A program made the position numbers and the translations under genes. This document shows, piece by piece, positions 51,706 through 60,378 of a DNA stretch of 64,000 nucleotides. This stretch comes from Candidatus Aenigmatarchaeota archaeon (GTDB taxonomy: Archaea > Aenigmatarchaeota > Aenigmatarchaeia > PWEA01): contig JBKHHD010000002.1 in the NCBI GenBank assembly GCA_046539325.1, positions 32,001 through 96,000 of the forward strand, read 5' to 3'. Within the stretch, counting starts at the first letter, position 1. Each line of letters begins with the position of its first letter. The notes beneath the pieces are model-generated. The model saw only the letters and a program-made list of their open reading frames with translations. It was not told the origin of the DNA and ran no database searches.

Positions 51706-52412
51706 TGCCAGAAGAACAAACAAAGGACTGGACGCCACAGACAGAACTCGGCAAAGAAGTCGTAGACGGTAAGATAACCTCAGTAGATGAAGTATTTGAG
51801 CAGGGCAGGAAGATAATGGAGCCTGAAATAGTAGATATTCTCCTTCCGAACCTCGACCATGAGCTTGTACTTGTAGGTGGTTCACCTGGCAAAGGTGGTG
51901 GAATAAGAAGAACACCCGCCAAAAGAACGGCAAAGATGCATAAAAGTGGAAGGAAGTACAAGATGACAGCCCTAGCTGTAATAGGAAACAGAAACGGTTA
52001 CGCCGGAATAGGAGAAGGGCAAGCTTCTGGCTCAGGAGCTTTCCGAACAGCTATACAGAAGGCTATAAGCAACTCAAAGCTAAATATAATACCTGTCAGA
52101 AGGGGCTGCGGTTCATGGGAGTGCGAATGTGCCTCGCACCACTCCATACCCACACAAGTAGAAGGTAAGTCAGGAAGCGTGAGAGTAGTGCTGAAGCCAG
52201 CCCCAAGAGGTGTAGGCCTTGTAGTCTCAGATGAAGTCAAGAAGTTCCTACAGCTAGCTGGAATAGAGGACTGCTGGGCAAAGACGTTTGGAAAGACTAG
52301 AACAAGAGGGAATCTGATAAAGGCTGTATACAACGCCCTGAGGAACCTCAACCAGCTCAAAATTAACGACGAGTTCAAGGAAAAATCAGGAAGTTTGATA
52401 GGTGAAGCATGA
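51705..52412 (+). CDS. rps5: 30S protein uS5
   Basis: W.P.T.LG, RRGCGSWEC, GKSGSV, PAPRG.GL. Confidence 0.96.
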   Translation: MPEEQTKDWTPQTELGKEVVDGKITSVDEVFEQGRKIMEPEIVDILLPNLDHELVLVGGSPGKGGGIRRTPAKRTAKMHKSGRKYKMTALAVIGNRNGYAGIGEGQASGSGAFRTAIQKAISNSKLNIIPVRRGCGSWECECASHHSIPTQVEGKSGSVRVVLKPAPRGVGLVVSDEVKKFLQLAGIEDCWAKTFGKTRTRGNLIKAVYNALRNLNQLKINDEFKEKSGSLIGEA

Positions 52413-52810
52413 TGTACGCAGCAGTTAGAATAAGGGGTGAGGTTGGCGTAAACAAGGAGTTAGAGGATACTCTAAAGATGCTTAACCTGAACAAAAAGTT
52501 CAGCTGCACTCTGCTACCTGAAACGGAAGACTACGAAGGTATGCTTAAGAAGGTAAAGAGCTTCGTTGCATGGGGACAGGTCGATAAAGAAGTCACAGAA
52601 GAGATACTTGAAAAGAAAAGCGTTGAAGAGGCAGAGGAAGTAGTAGAGGCCCTCGAAGAAGGAGAAAGTCTCAGTAAGATCGGCGCGAAAAGGAGCTTCC
52701 CGCTTTCGCCACCCTCAGGAGGGTTCAGTAAAAGTACAAAGAAGCTCTATCCAAAGGGTGAAGCAGGCAAAAGAGACGATATCAACAAGCTACTTGAGAG
52801 GATGATTTAG
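52409..52810 (+). CDS. rpl30: 50S protein uL30
   Basis: AVRIRG, TL.MLNL, GML.KV, LSPP.GGF, IN.LLERM. Confidence 0.93.
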   Translation: MMYAAVRIRGEVGVNKELEDTLKMLNLNKKFSCTLLPETEDYEGMLKKVKSFVAWGQVDKEVTEEILEKKSVEEAEEVVEALEEGESLSKIGAKRSFPLSPPSGGFSKSTKKLYPKGEAGKRDDINKLLERMI

Positions 52811-52811
52811 T

Positions 52812-53228
52812 ATGGGTAAAAAGAAAAAGCACAGAGGTTCAGGAACACACGGCGGAGGTTCAAAGAAGAAGAGAAGGGGAGCAGGAAACCGTGGCGGACG
52901 AGGTAAGGGTGGTGGCAAGCATAGGAAGATCAAATACCAGAAAGAAAAGAAAGTTGAAAAAGGTTTCAAGAGACCTGGAGCAGTTAAGGACAGTAAAAGG
53001 GGTATAAATATAAAGGAGCTTGAGGGGAGGCTCAAGGAGTTTATAGAAATAGGTGCCTGTGAGAAAGAAGATGGTGTTTATAAAATAAACTTAAAGGAAG
53101 CAGGCTACGATAAGCTTCTTGGCTCCGGAAAGATTACAGAGAAACTAGAAGTGGAAGCCGAAGACTTCTCAAAAAAGGCCAAGGAAAAACTGGAGGAAAG
53201 AGGAGGAAGCGTAATTGAACTATCGTGA
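52812..53228 (+). CDS. rpl15: 50S protein uL15
   Basis: RGSGTHGGG, RGAGNRGGRG, KLLGSG. Confidence 0.95.
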   Translation: MGKKKKHRGSGTHGGGSKKKRRGAGNRGGRGKGGGKHRKIKYQKEKKVEKGFKRPGAVKDSKRGINIKELEGRLKEFIEIGACEKEDGVYKINLKEAGYDKLLGSGKITEKLEVEAEDFSKKAKEKLEERGGSVIELS

Positions 53229-54621
53229 CTTACTTTCCATTGTTCCTGGTGTTGAAGACCCAAAGAAGAGGCTTAACTTCAACGACAAGTTGAAGTGGAC
53301 AGGAATAATAATCATTGTATACTTCATAATGGGAAACATAACTGTCTGGGGGGTTTCTCCGGTCGGCTTGGAGAGGTTTCAATTTCTGCAGACAATCGTT
53401 GCTTCCGAGTTCGGTTCTCTCATAACCCTTGGAATTGTCCCTATAGTTAATGCATCTATCATACTACAGCTTCTAACAGGAAGCGATATACTTCAGTGGG
53501 ATACCAACACGCCTGAAGGAAAGAAGCTATTCATGGGTACACAGAAGCTTCTGGCAGTAGTATTCTGTTTAGTTCAGGCCACGGCCTTCGTTTCTTTCGG
53601 TGCAATACCTGCACAGACAGGGATGACCGCCTTTGTAATAGCACAGATCGCAGCAGGTGGAATACTGATCGTGCTCATGGACGAAGTGATCTCAAAGTGG
53701 GGCTTCGGATCAGGCGTTTCGTTGTTCATTGCTTCCGGCGTTTCAATGGAAATAGTTCAGAGGTTGTTCAACCCACTGACTGCTCAAGGAACACTACCTA
53801 CGGCTGCTGAGGGTGCTGCAGGTTACATACCTCAAGTTTTCCAAACACTTGCAGTAGGAAACTTAGTCGAAACTGTCGCAGCTCTCATACCTATGATCTT
53901 CACCGTGCTTGTATTCTTCCTTGTAATATACCTTAACGGTATGAAGGTCGAAATACCACTCGCATTCGGCCAGGTAAAGGGCTTCGGTCAGAGGTATCCA
54001 CTGAACCTTCTTTACACTAGCGTAATTCCTATAATATTTACACATGCACTACTGGCCAACTTGAATATAATGGGTCAGATGCTGGCCGAGAGGGGCATGC
54101 CAATCCTAGGAAGGTTCGGGGAGGAAGGAATACCGGAATCTGGCCTCCTTTACTGGATATACAGTCCCCAGGCGGCCACACCCAGAGACGGCCTACTCAC
54201 AGAGATTGTGGTTAGCAGAATAACCGATGCCCCGCTGCCAGAAGTAACGATAGCCTGGATACCCTACGTAGCCACTGTATGTCTGCTAACTATAGTATTT
54301 TCTGTTTTCTGGATGAAGACGTCCGGCCAGGACTCACAAACCGTCGCTGAAAGAATCCACAACATGGGAATGTCTGTACCTGGATACAGAAGGGACAAAA
54401 GGATAATAAAGAGGATACTGGATAGATATATACCCTACCTTGCAGTCCTTTCAGGACTATTTATCGGAATGCTGGCTGTGTTTGCGGATTTCTTTGGAGC
54501 GGTGGGCGGAGGAATAGGCATACTGCTGGCCACAATGATAATATACAGGTTGTACGAAGAGCTTGCACAGCAGCATATGGAAGACATGCATCCAGCTCTG
54601 CGGCAGTTCATTGGAGAATAA
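53215..54621 (+). CDS. secY: Preprotein translocase SecY
   Basis: KLKWT, LGIVPIV.ASII.QLL, KWGFGSGVSLFI, YTS.IP.I, G.GILL. Confidence 0.97.
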   Translation: MNYRDLLSIVPGVEDPKKRLNFNDKLKWTGIIIIVYFIMGNITVWGVSPVGLERFQFLQTIVASEFGSLITLGIVPIVNASIILQLLTGSDILQWDTNTPEGKKLFMGTQKLLAVVFCLVQATAFVSFGAIPAQTGMTAFVIAQIAAGGILIVLMDEVISKWGFGSGVSLFIASGVSMEIVQRLFNPLTAQGTLPTAAEGAAGYIPQVFQTLAVGNLVETVAALIPMIFTVLVFFLVIYLNGMKVEIPLAFGQVKGFGQRYPLNLLYTSVIPIIFTHALLANLNIMGQMLAERGMPILGRFGEEGIPESGLLYWIYSPQAATPRDGLLTEIVVSRITDAPLPEVTIAWIPYVATVCLLTIVFSVFWMKTSGQDSQTVAERIHNMGMSVPGYRRDKRIIKRILDRYIPYLAVLSGLFIGMLAVFADFFGAVGGGIGILLATMIIYRLYEELAQQHMEDMHPALRQFIGE

Positions 54622-54662
54622 ACTTTTAACCGAAGAAACAAAGGTTATTATGGTGTGGAAAA

Positions 54663-55295
54663 ATGGTATTTGAGAACGCAGTTACAGGGGTCTTTTTGAT
54701 ATCAGTAGCCATAAGCTTCGTAATTTCGCTCCTGTACAAGGTTCTGATGGACCAGGAAGAACTTAAAGAAATAAAGGAAAAGATGAACGAGCTACAGGAG
54801 AAGTCCAAAGAAGCAAGGGAAGAAGGTAACGAAGAAGAGGCAATGGAGTACACACAGAAGACTATGAAGCACAGTAAAAAGCAGATGAAGATGCAGTTCA
54901 AGCCTATGATGGCTACTTTCATAATAATAATCCCTATATTCTGGTTTGTAATGCCAGGCCTCTATCCTTCAGCAACTGTAAACCTGGCTGAAACGAATAC
55001 GCTTGAGTACGGAGGACTGGAAAAGACTGTAACCCTTGAAAACGAGGATCCCCTTGAAGTGACCGTGGACGGTGAGACCTTACAGGAGAACGGGGTTGTG
55101 AGGATAAACGACCACAGGCTGAAGCTGACCGAGTACAGAGCCGGTCAAGAACAACTGGAGTTTTCAAGGGTAGCTGTTCAGCTTCCTGTTTCTCTGCCGT
55201 TCTGGGGCAGCGCCTTAGGCTGGCTTGGATGGTACATTCTAATTTCTCTTGGAGTATCACAGGTATTCAGAAAGCTTATGGGAGCAAGACCATGA
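54663..55295 (+). CDS. DUF106/EMC3-TMCO1 (Oxa1 superfamily) membrane protein
   Basis: TM, coiled coil, 'QFKPMM.T..P', 'LGWLGWYIL.S'; lies after secY. Confidence 0.85.
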   Translation: MVFENAVTGVFLISVAISFVISLLYKVLMDQEELKEIKEKMNELQEKSKEAREEGNEEEAMEYTQKTMKHSKKQMKMQFKPMMATFIIIIPIFWFVMPGLYPSATVNLAETNTLEYGGLEKTVTLENEDPLEVTVDGETLQENGVVRINDHRLKLTEYRAGQEQLEFSRVAVQLPVSLPFWGSALGWLGWYILISLGVSQVFRKLMGARP

Positions 55296-56251
55296 GACGC
55301 GAGTTCAAGTTCAAGGAAGCAGTAGTCTCCGACGCCCGTTTCGGTAACTACCCTAGTTCTCGGGATACGAAAGAGATGATACAAAGAGGTGTGGTAGTTC
55401 TAGACAAGCCAAAGGGCCCGACATCGCACCAGGTAACGGGTTGGGTAAAGGATATCTTCGGTATAGATAAGGCAGGACATACCGGAACCTTGGACCCAAA
55501 GGTTACAGGCGTACTTCTCATCGCGCTAAGCAAGTCCACGAAGGCTATGCCTGTTCTGAACAAGCTGGACAAGGAATACGTTGCAGTAGTCGTTCTTCAT
55601 GAGGAATCGGAGAAAGAAGAGGTGGAGGAAGTTTTAAACAGCTTTCGCGGTGAAGTAAAGCAGGTTCCGCCTAAGAAGTCGGCCGTTAAGAGGAGGGAAA
55701 GAACAAGAGAAATCAAAAATCTGGAGCTTCTTGAAAAGACCGGAAAGGACCTGTTGCTGAAAATAAACTGTGAGGCAGGAACCTACATACGTAAGCTCGC
55801 GCACAACATCGGCGAAGAGCTGGGTTGTGGAGCACATATGAAGGAACTGAGGAGGACCGCCGTGGGGCCCTTTACCGAACAAAAGGCTGTAAAGCTTCAG
55901 ACATTGAAGGACGACTACGTTTTTTTCAAGGAAGATGAAAACGAAAATATAAGGAAGGATATACTGCCCGCTGAGGTCTGCGCGGACGTTTCACCCTGCA
56001 TAGTCGTCAAGGACACAGCTATCGAAGCACTGTGCAACGGGGCAGACCTAGGAGTGGGCGGCGTGTCCGCAGTAGAAAGGTCTATAGAAGCCGGTGATAA
56101 ACTTTCTATCCTTTCAGGAAAAGGCGAACTGGTTGCTGTAGGTGAAGCAGAGATGGACGCCAAGAAGATATACCAGAAGAAGAACGGGAAAGCGGCTTCG
56201 TTGATAAACGTTATGATGGAACGCGGCACATATCCGAAGGGATGGAACTAG
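55292..56251 (+). CDS. cbf5: RNA-guided pseudouridine synthase Cbf5
   Basis: DKPKGPTSHQV, GH.GTLDPKVTG, EAGTYIRKL, ELRRT, PUA domain. Confidence 0.96.
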   Translation: MRREFKFKEAVVSDARFGNYPSSRDTKEMIQRGVVVLDKPKGPTSHQVTGWVKDIFGIDKAGHTGTLDPKVTGVLLIALSKSTKAMPVLNKLDKEYVAVVVLHEESEKEEVEEVLNSFRGEVKQVPPKKSAVKRRERTREIKNLELLEKTGKDLLLKINCEAGTYIRKLAHNIGEELGCGAHMKELRRTAVGPFTEQKAVKLQTLKDDYVFFKEDENENIRKDILPAEVCADVSPCIVVKDTAIEALCNGADLGVGGVSAVERSIEAGDKLSILSGKGELVAVGEAEMDAKKIYQKKNGKAASLINVMMERGTYPKGWN

Positions 56252-56295
56252 AAAACTGGAAAGATTTAAAAAGGTTTGGATTCATAAGAGTTGTG

Positions 56296-56472
56296 ATGTC
56301 TTCCCCCGGAAACGTGGAGGAAATGATGGAAGTACTCGCCTGTCCAAAGTGCAAAGGCGACGTAAAGCTTAATAAAAAGGAAAACAAGATAGTTTGCCAC
56401 GACTGCCGGCTCAGGTTTTCCGTCGAAGACGGCATACCAAATATGCTGTTGGATGAAGCGGAAAGCTTTTGA
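56296..56472 (+). CDS. trm112: Trm112 family protein
   Basis: LACPKCKG...C..C...F.VEDGIPNML. Confidence 0.88.
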   Translation: MSSPGNVEEMMEVLACPKCKGDVKLNKKENKIVCHDCRLRFSVEDGIPNMLLDEAESF

Positions 56473-56478
56473 ACGGAG

Positions 56479-56679
56479 GCCGGGGTAGCGAAGCCAGGTC
56501 CAACGCGCCGGATTTGAGAACGGATCTATTGACGAGAGGATGATATAACTGTTTCAAGAGATCCGGTGGGCCGCGTAAGGTCCTGTATCTGTGGAAGTCC
56601 ACGTGGGTTCAAAAGAGAACGCTTTGGAAGTGAAAACACCTTTTCCAAAGGGTTTCTGAAAGTCCCACCCCCGGCGCCA
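56479..56679 (+). tRNA. tRNA-Ser(TGA) with three introns (37/38: 56519-56560; variable arm: 56577-56596; 59/60: 56614-56662), encoded CCA
   Basis: GCCGGGG/CCCCGGC acceptor; three BHB motifs (TTTG/CAAG, CCGC/GTGG, TTCA/TGAA) whose removal gives a normal cloverleaf. Confidence 0.9.
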
Positions 56680-56697
56680 CATAAAAAAGGTGAAAAA

Positions 56698-57168
56698 ATG
56701 GTTGAAGAAAGGAAAAACATATTAAGAATTTTCAGGACGGACATTCCCGGAGACTGGAAAATAGGTGAAGGTCTGAGACAGCTAAAGGGTGTTAGCTTTT
56801 CAACAAGCAAGCCCATACTGAAAAAAGCAGATGTAGACCCTACCAAGGCCGCAGGGGATATAACTGATGAGGAAAAAGAATCTATAAAGGAAGTTATAAA
56901 GTCAGGACAGATCCCCTCGTACCTACTCAACAGAAGGAAGGATCCAGAAATAGGAGAAGATAGAATGCTTACCTCAAACGACCTGGAAATTCAGGAGAGA
57001 CAGGATATAGAGGATATGAAGAAGCTCGGCAGCTACAGAGGAATGCGTCACAGACATGGACTTCCGGTGAGAGGTCAGAAGACACAGTCCAGCTTCAGAG
57101 GAGACAGCTCTGTCGGTGTAGCTACAGCTGAAATAAAGGCAGAAAAATCAGGGGAAGAAGGTGAATAA
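56698..57168 (+). CDS. rps13: 30S protein uS13
   Basis: P.YLLNRRKD, YRG.RH..GLPVRGQ.T; SD AGGTGA. Confidence 0.96.
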   Translation: MVEERKNILRIFRTDIPGDWKIGEGLRQLKGVSFSTSKPILKKADVDPTKAAGDITDEEKESIKEVIKSGQIPSYLLNRRKDPEIGEDRMLTSNDLEIQERQDIEDMKKLGSYRGMRHRHGLPVRGQKTQSSFRGDSSVGVATAEIKAEKSGEEGE

Positions 57169-57169
57169 A

Positions 57170-57652
57170 ATGGGGGATCCAAAGAAACAGAGAAAGAAGT
57201 ATGAGAAGCCTCTTATACCCTGGGACGAGAGAAGAATAGAGAACGACAAGGATATTATGAAGAACTACGGACTGAAAAGAAAGGAAGAGATACTCAAGAT
57301 GGAAAGCTTTTTGAGAAAGCTGAGAAGGAGAGCAAGGGATGCTGCCGCAGGATCCTCCGAGAAGGAGAGAAATGAACTGCTTCAAAGGTGTAGGAACATC
57401 GGACTCATTGGCGAAGACGATGATGTTGGACAGATCCTGCGAATCGAGCTGAAGGACGTACTTGAAAGAAGGCTTCAGACGCTTGTCGCAAAGATAGATG
57501 GCGTAAGAAGTCCTGGGCACGCAAGGCAGCTTCTGACACATGGCCATGTAAAAGTAGACGAAAAGGTAATGACTTCGTCTTCGTTCTTCGTTCCAAAGGA
57601 TCTCGAGGACAAAATATCCGTAGATAAAAAGGCACTGGTGATGGACGAATGA
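57170..57652 (+). CDS. rps4: 30S protein uS4
   Basis: MGDPKK, YGLK.K.E, LERRLQT, ARQL..HGH. Confidence 0.96.
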   Translation: MGDPKKQRKKYEKPLIPWDERRIENDKDIMKNYGLKRKEEILKMESFLRKLRRRARDAAAGSSEKERNELLQRCRNIGLIGEDDDVGQILRIELKDVLERRLQTLVAKIDGVRSPGHARQLLTHGHVKVDEKVMTSSSFFVPKDLEDKISVDKKALVMDE

Positions 57653-58035
57653 GTCAGAGAAAAGGTCTAGCAAGAATACACTCGTCCGAGAACAACACTA
57701 TCATACATATAACTGATATGAGCGGCGCAGAAACTATAAGCAGATACTCTGGTGGAATGGCTGTGGATCAGGACAGGGACAAAGGCGAGCCGTTTGCTGC
57801 TATGCAAGCAGCAAAGAAGGCAGCCAAAGAGGCAAAGGAAAAGGGAATTGACAAGGTAGATATAAAGGTAAGAGCTCCAGGCGGACACGGCTCAAAGAGC
57901 CCAGGTCCGGGAGCACAGCCTGCTATCCGTGCTATAGCCAGAGCCGGAATGAAAATAGGCAAGATTGAAGATATAACTCCAGTGCCACATGATTCAACGA
58001 GAAGGCCTGGAGGCAAAAGAGGAAAGAGGGTCTGA
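57649..58035 (+). CDS. rps11: 30S protein uS11
   Basis: [27 protein letters not shown]. Confidence 0.96.
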   Translation: MSQRKGLARIHSSENNTIIHITDMSGAETISRYSGGMAVDQDRDKGEPFAAMQAAKKAAKEAKEKGIDKVDIKVRAPGGHGSKSPGPGAQPAIRAIARAGMKIGKIEDITPVPHDSTRRPGGKRGKRV

Positions 58036-58037
58036 TT

Positions 58038-58820
58038 ATGGAATTTGAAAAGATTGAGGAGGACGACAAGAAGCTTAAATTTGTTACAAAGGATACAAAT
58101 CCAGCTATGATGAACGCTTTGAGAAGGATCTCGATGAACTACATTCCTGTGCTTGCAATAGAGGACGTCGGAGTAAAGGAAAACAGTTCGCCGATATTCG
58201 ACGAAGTTATAGCCCAGAGGCTGGGGCAGGTACCGCTTGTCTTTGATCCAGACAAGTTTACGTTGAAGGGAGAATGCGACTGTGAAGACGGCTGTCCTAA
58301 CTGTGAGGTTGACTTCACGTTTGAAGGCGAAGGACTTGGAAGGCTTTACTCGAAGGACCTCGTCTGTGAGACGGGCGATATCGAGGTACTATATGACGAG
58401 ATACCTATAACAGAGATGGATGAAAATCAGAGGGTCGAGCTTGAAGCAACCGCAGTATTATCGAAGGGAAAAGATCACTCGAAACATCAGGCAGCTATTT
58501 CCTCGTACCAGTACTACCCTATAATCGATATAGACAACGATGAGCTCACGAAAGAAGAAAAGGGTCGCTGCGTCGAGGTGTGCCCAAAGGATGTTTTTGA
58601 GCTCGATGGCGGCGACCTGAAGGTTTCAGAGGAAAAGAAATGTACTGTATGCAAAGAATGCGTCAACGAAGTGGATACAGGCGTAGTAGTTACAGGCGAC
58701 GAGGAGAAGTTCATATTCACCATAGAGTCTACCTGTTCACTAAGCCCCCAAGAAATAATTGAGAAGGCCGCTGACATACTTGAGAAGAAGTCCGAGAAGG
58801 TAGTCGAAAAGTTAAGCTAG
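58038..58820 (+). CDS. rpoD: RNA polymerase subunit D (Rpo3) with ferredoxin-like domain
   Basis: NALRR, NSS..FDE..A.RLG, H.K, CVEVCP...CTVCKEC. Confidence 0.94.
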   Translation: MEFEKIEEDDKKLKFVTKDTNPAMMNALRRISMNYIPVLAIEDVGVKENSSPIFDEVIAQRLGQVPLVFDPDKFTLKGECDCEDGCPNCEVDFTFEGEGLGRLYSKDLVCETGDIEVLYDEIPITEMDENQRVELEATAVLSKGKDHSKHQAAISSYQYYPIIDIDNDELTKEEKGRCVEVCPKDVFELDGGDLKVSEEKKCTVCKECVNEVDTGVVVTGDEEKFIFTIESTCSLSPQEIIEKAADILEKKSEKVVEKLS

Positions 58821-58962
58821 CGGGGGTAACCAAGCGGTCAAGGTAAAGATACGACTAAAGGTGCAGGACTTAAGCTCTCAGCTTAAGTATTGAGGCCCAT
58901 TGGGCGATGATAAGAAATCCTGTGGCTTAGTGCCTTCGTCGGTTCGAATCCGGCCCCCCGCA
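58820..58962 (+). tRNA. tRNA-Leu(TAA) with introns at 21/22 (58842-58858) and 37/38 (58875-58916)
   Basis: GCGGGGG/CCCCCGC acceptor; BHBs GGTC/GACT and CTTA/TAAG; long variable arm. Confidence 0.9.
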
Positions 58963-58982
58963 TCAACAAAGAGGTTTTGGAT

Positions 58983-59336
58983 ATGGAAAAAACGAACCCG
59001 GTACTGAAGAAGACTGTAAGCAGGCTCGAGGAGAAAGGCAGAAAGGAAGAGTTAGATTTATGGAAGGATCTCGCCAAGAGGCTGAAGAAGCCAAGAAGGA
59101 ACAAAAGTTCGGTAAATATCTCAAAGATAAACAGACATGCAAAGGAAGGCGAAACTGTAGTCGTTCCAGGAAAAGTAACAGGCTACGGTAGCTTGGATAA
59201 GGATGTGGACGTTGCTGCATTTGATTTTTCAAAAAGCGCAAAGGAGAAGGTGGAGGAAGGGGGCAAGGTTATGAGTATACTGGATCTAGCTGAGGAAAAT
59301 CAGGAAGGCGAAAACGTAAGGATAATGGAGGGTTAA
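58983..59336 (+). CDS. rpl18e: 50S protein eL18
   Basis: KTNP, W..LA..L, VN.SKI.R, VVPGKV.G.G. Confidence 0.94.
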   Translation: MEKTNPVLKKTVSRLEEKGRKEELDLWKDLAKRLKKPRRNKSSVNISKINRHAKEGETVVVPGKVTGYGSLDKDVDVAAFDFSKSAKEKVEEGGKVMSILDLAEENQEGENVRIMEG

Positions 59337-59337
59337 A

Positions 59338-59736
59338 ATGATCGTTGATGCAGAAAACCAGGTTATGGGGAGACTATCTTCGGAAGTAGCTTCGTTGTTG
59401 CTTGATGGGAAGGAAGTCAAGGTTATCAACTCAGAGAAGGCAATCAAAACTGGCAAGCCTGAGGATACCGTAAAGAAATACCTTAAAAAGAAAAGTATCG
59501 GCGATCCGAGACACGGACCATATTCCTCGCTAAGGCCGGAAAACATACTCAGGGACTCGATAAAGGGAATGCTGCCCACGGAAAAGGAAATAGGAAGGCA
59601 GGCTCTTAAGAGATTGGTAATAGTTCAGGGGAACAGTGGTGAGGAAGGAAAAGCTATCTCAAAGAGCGCCGAGGATCTGACAACAAATTATATAACTCTT
59701 GAAGAGTTATCAGAAAGGATAGGTGGAAAACAATGA
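59338..59736 (+). CDS. rpl13: 50S protein uL13
   Basis: IVDA...GRL.S.VA, GP, GMLP. Confidence 0.94.
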   Translation: MIVDAENQVMGRLSSEVASLLLDGKEVKVINSEKAIKTGKPEDTVKKYLKKKSIGDPRHGPYSSLRPENILRDSIKGMLPTEKEIGRQALKRLVIVQGNSGEEGKAISKSAEDLTTNYITLEELSERIGGKQ

Positions 59737-60134
59737 CGATAAACGCTGTAGGTAAAAGAAAGGAAGCCAGGGCACAGGCAAAGGTCACAGAAGGAAGCGG
59801 AAATATAAGGATAAACTCAAGGCCTATCGAAAGCTTCAGCGATGAGATGTTCAGACTAATGATAAAGGAACCGCTGAAACTTGCAGAGGACAGAACAGAA
59901 GATGTAGATATAGATGTTGATGTAAACGGTGGAGGCAAAATGGGACAGGCAGAGGCTGTAAGACAGGCCATAGCTAAAGGACTTGTCGAGTTTACGGGAG
60001 ATGAAAAGCTTGAGAAGAAGTTCGAAAACTACGACAGATACCTGCTTGTAAGGGACTCTCGCACGGCCGAACCACACAAACCTTCGGTCTCTTCAAAGGG
60101 AGCCAGAAAGCACAAACAGAGGAGCAAGAGGTGA
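59733..60134 (+). CDS. rps9: 30S protein uS9
   Basis: GKRK.A.A, GGG.MGQAEA.R, YDR.LLV.D.R, GAR...Q.S.R. Confidence 0.95.
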   Translation: MTINAVGKRKEARAQAKVTEGSGNIRINSRPIESFSDEMFRLMIKEPLKLAEDRTEDVDIDVDVNGGGKMGQAEAVRQAIAKGLVEFTGDEKLEKKFENYDRYLLVRDSRTAEPHKPSVSSKGARKHKQRSKR

Positions 60135-60138
60135 CAAG

Positions 60139-60330
60139 ATGCTGATACCTGTAAGGTGTATAAGTTGCGGCAAGCCGGTAGGCCATCTATGGGAGGAGTT
60201 CAAAGAAAGAGAAGGAGAGGAAGACACGAAGGAAGTTCTTGACGACCTCGGCCTCGAGAGGTACTGCTGCAGAAGCCTTTTCATAACACACACAGATTTA
60301 GCTGGAAAGGCATCAAAGTTCAAGAAGTAG
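60139..60330 (+). CDS. rpoN: RNA polymerase subunit N (Rpo10)
   Basis: MLIPVRCISCG, LDDLG..RYCCR. Confidence 0.96.
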   Translation: MLIPVRCISCGKPVGHLWEEFKEREGEEDTKEVLDDLGLERYCCRSLFITHTDLAGKASKFKK

Positions 60331-60378
60331 CGCTAATATTTATTTATAATAAGTACAAGACTATTAGTGGTGACTATA

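Noticed and set aside
56566-56697. N-terminal extensions of uS13 (and of eL19, Cbf5, LigD-PE) in the ORF track
   Set aside because: The extensions overlap a tRNA or upstream genes; downstream starts match family N-termini.
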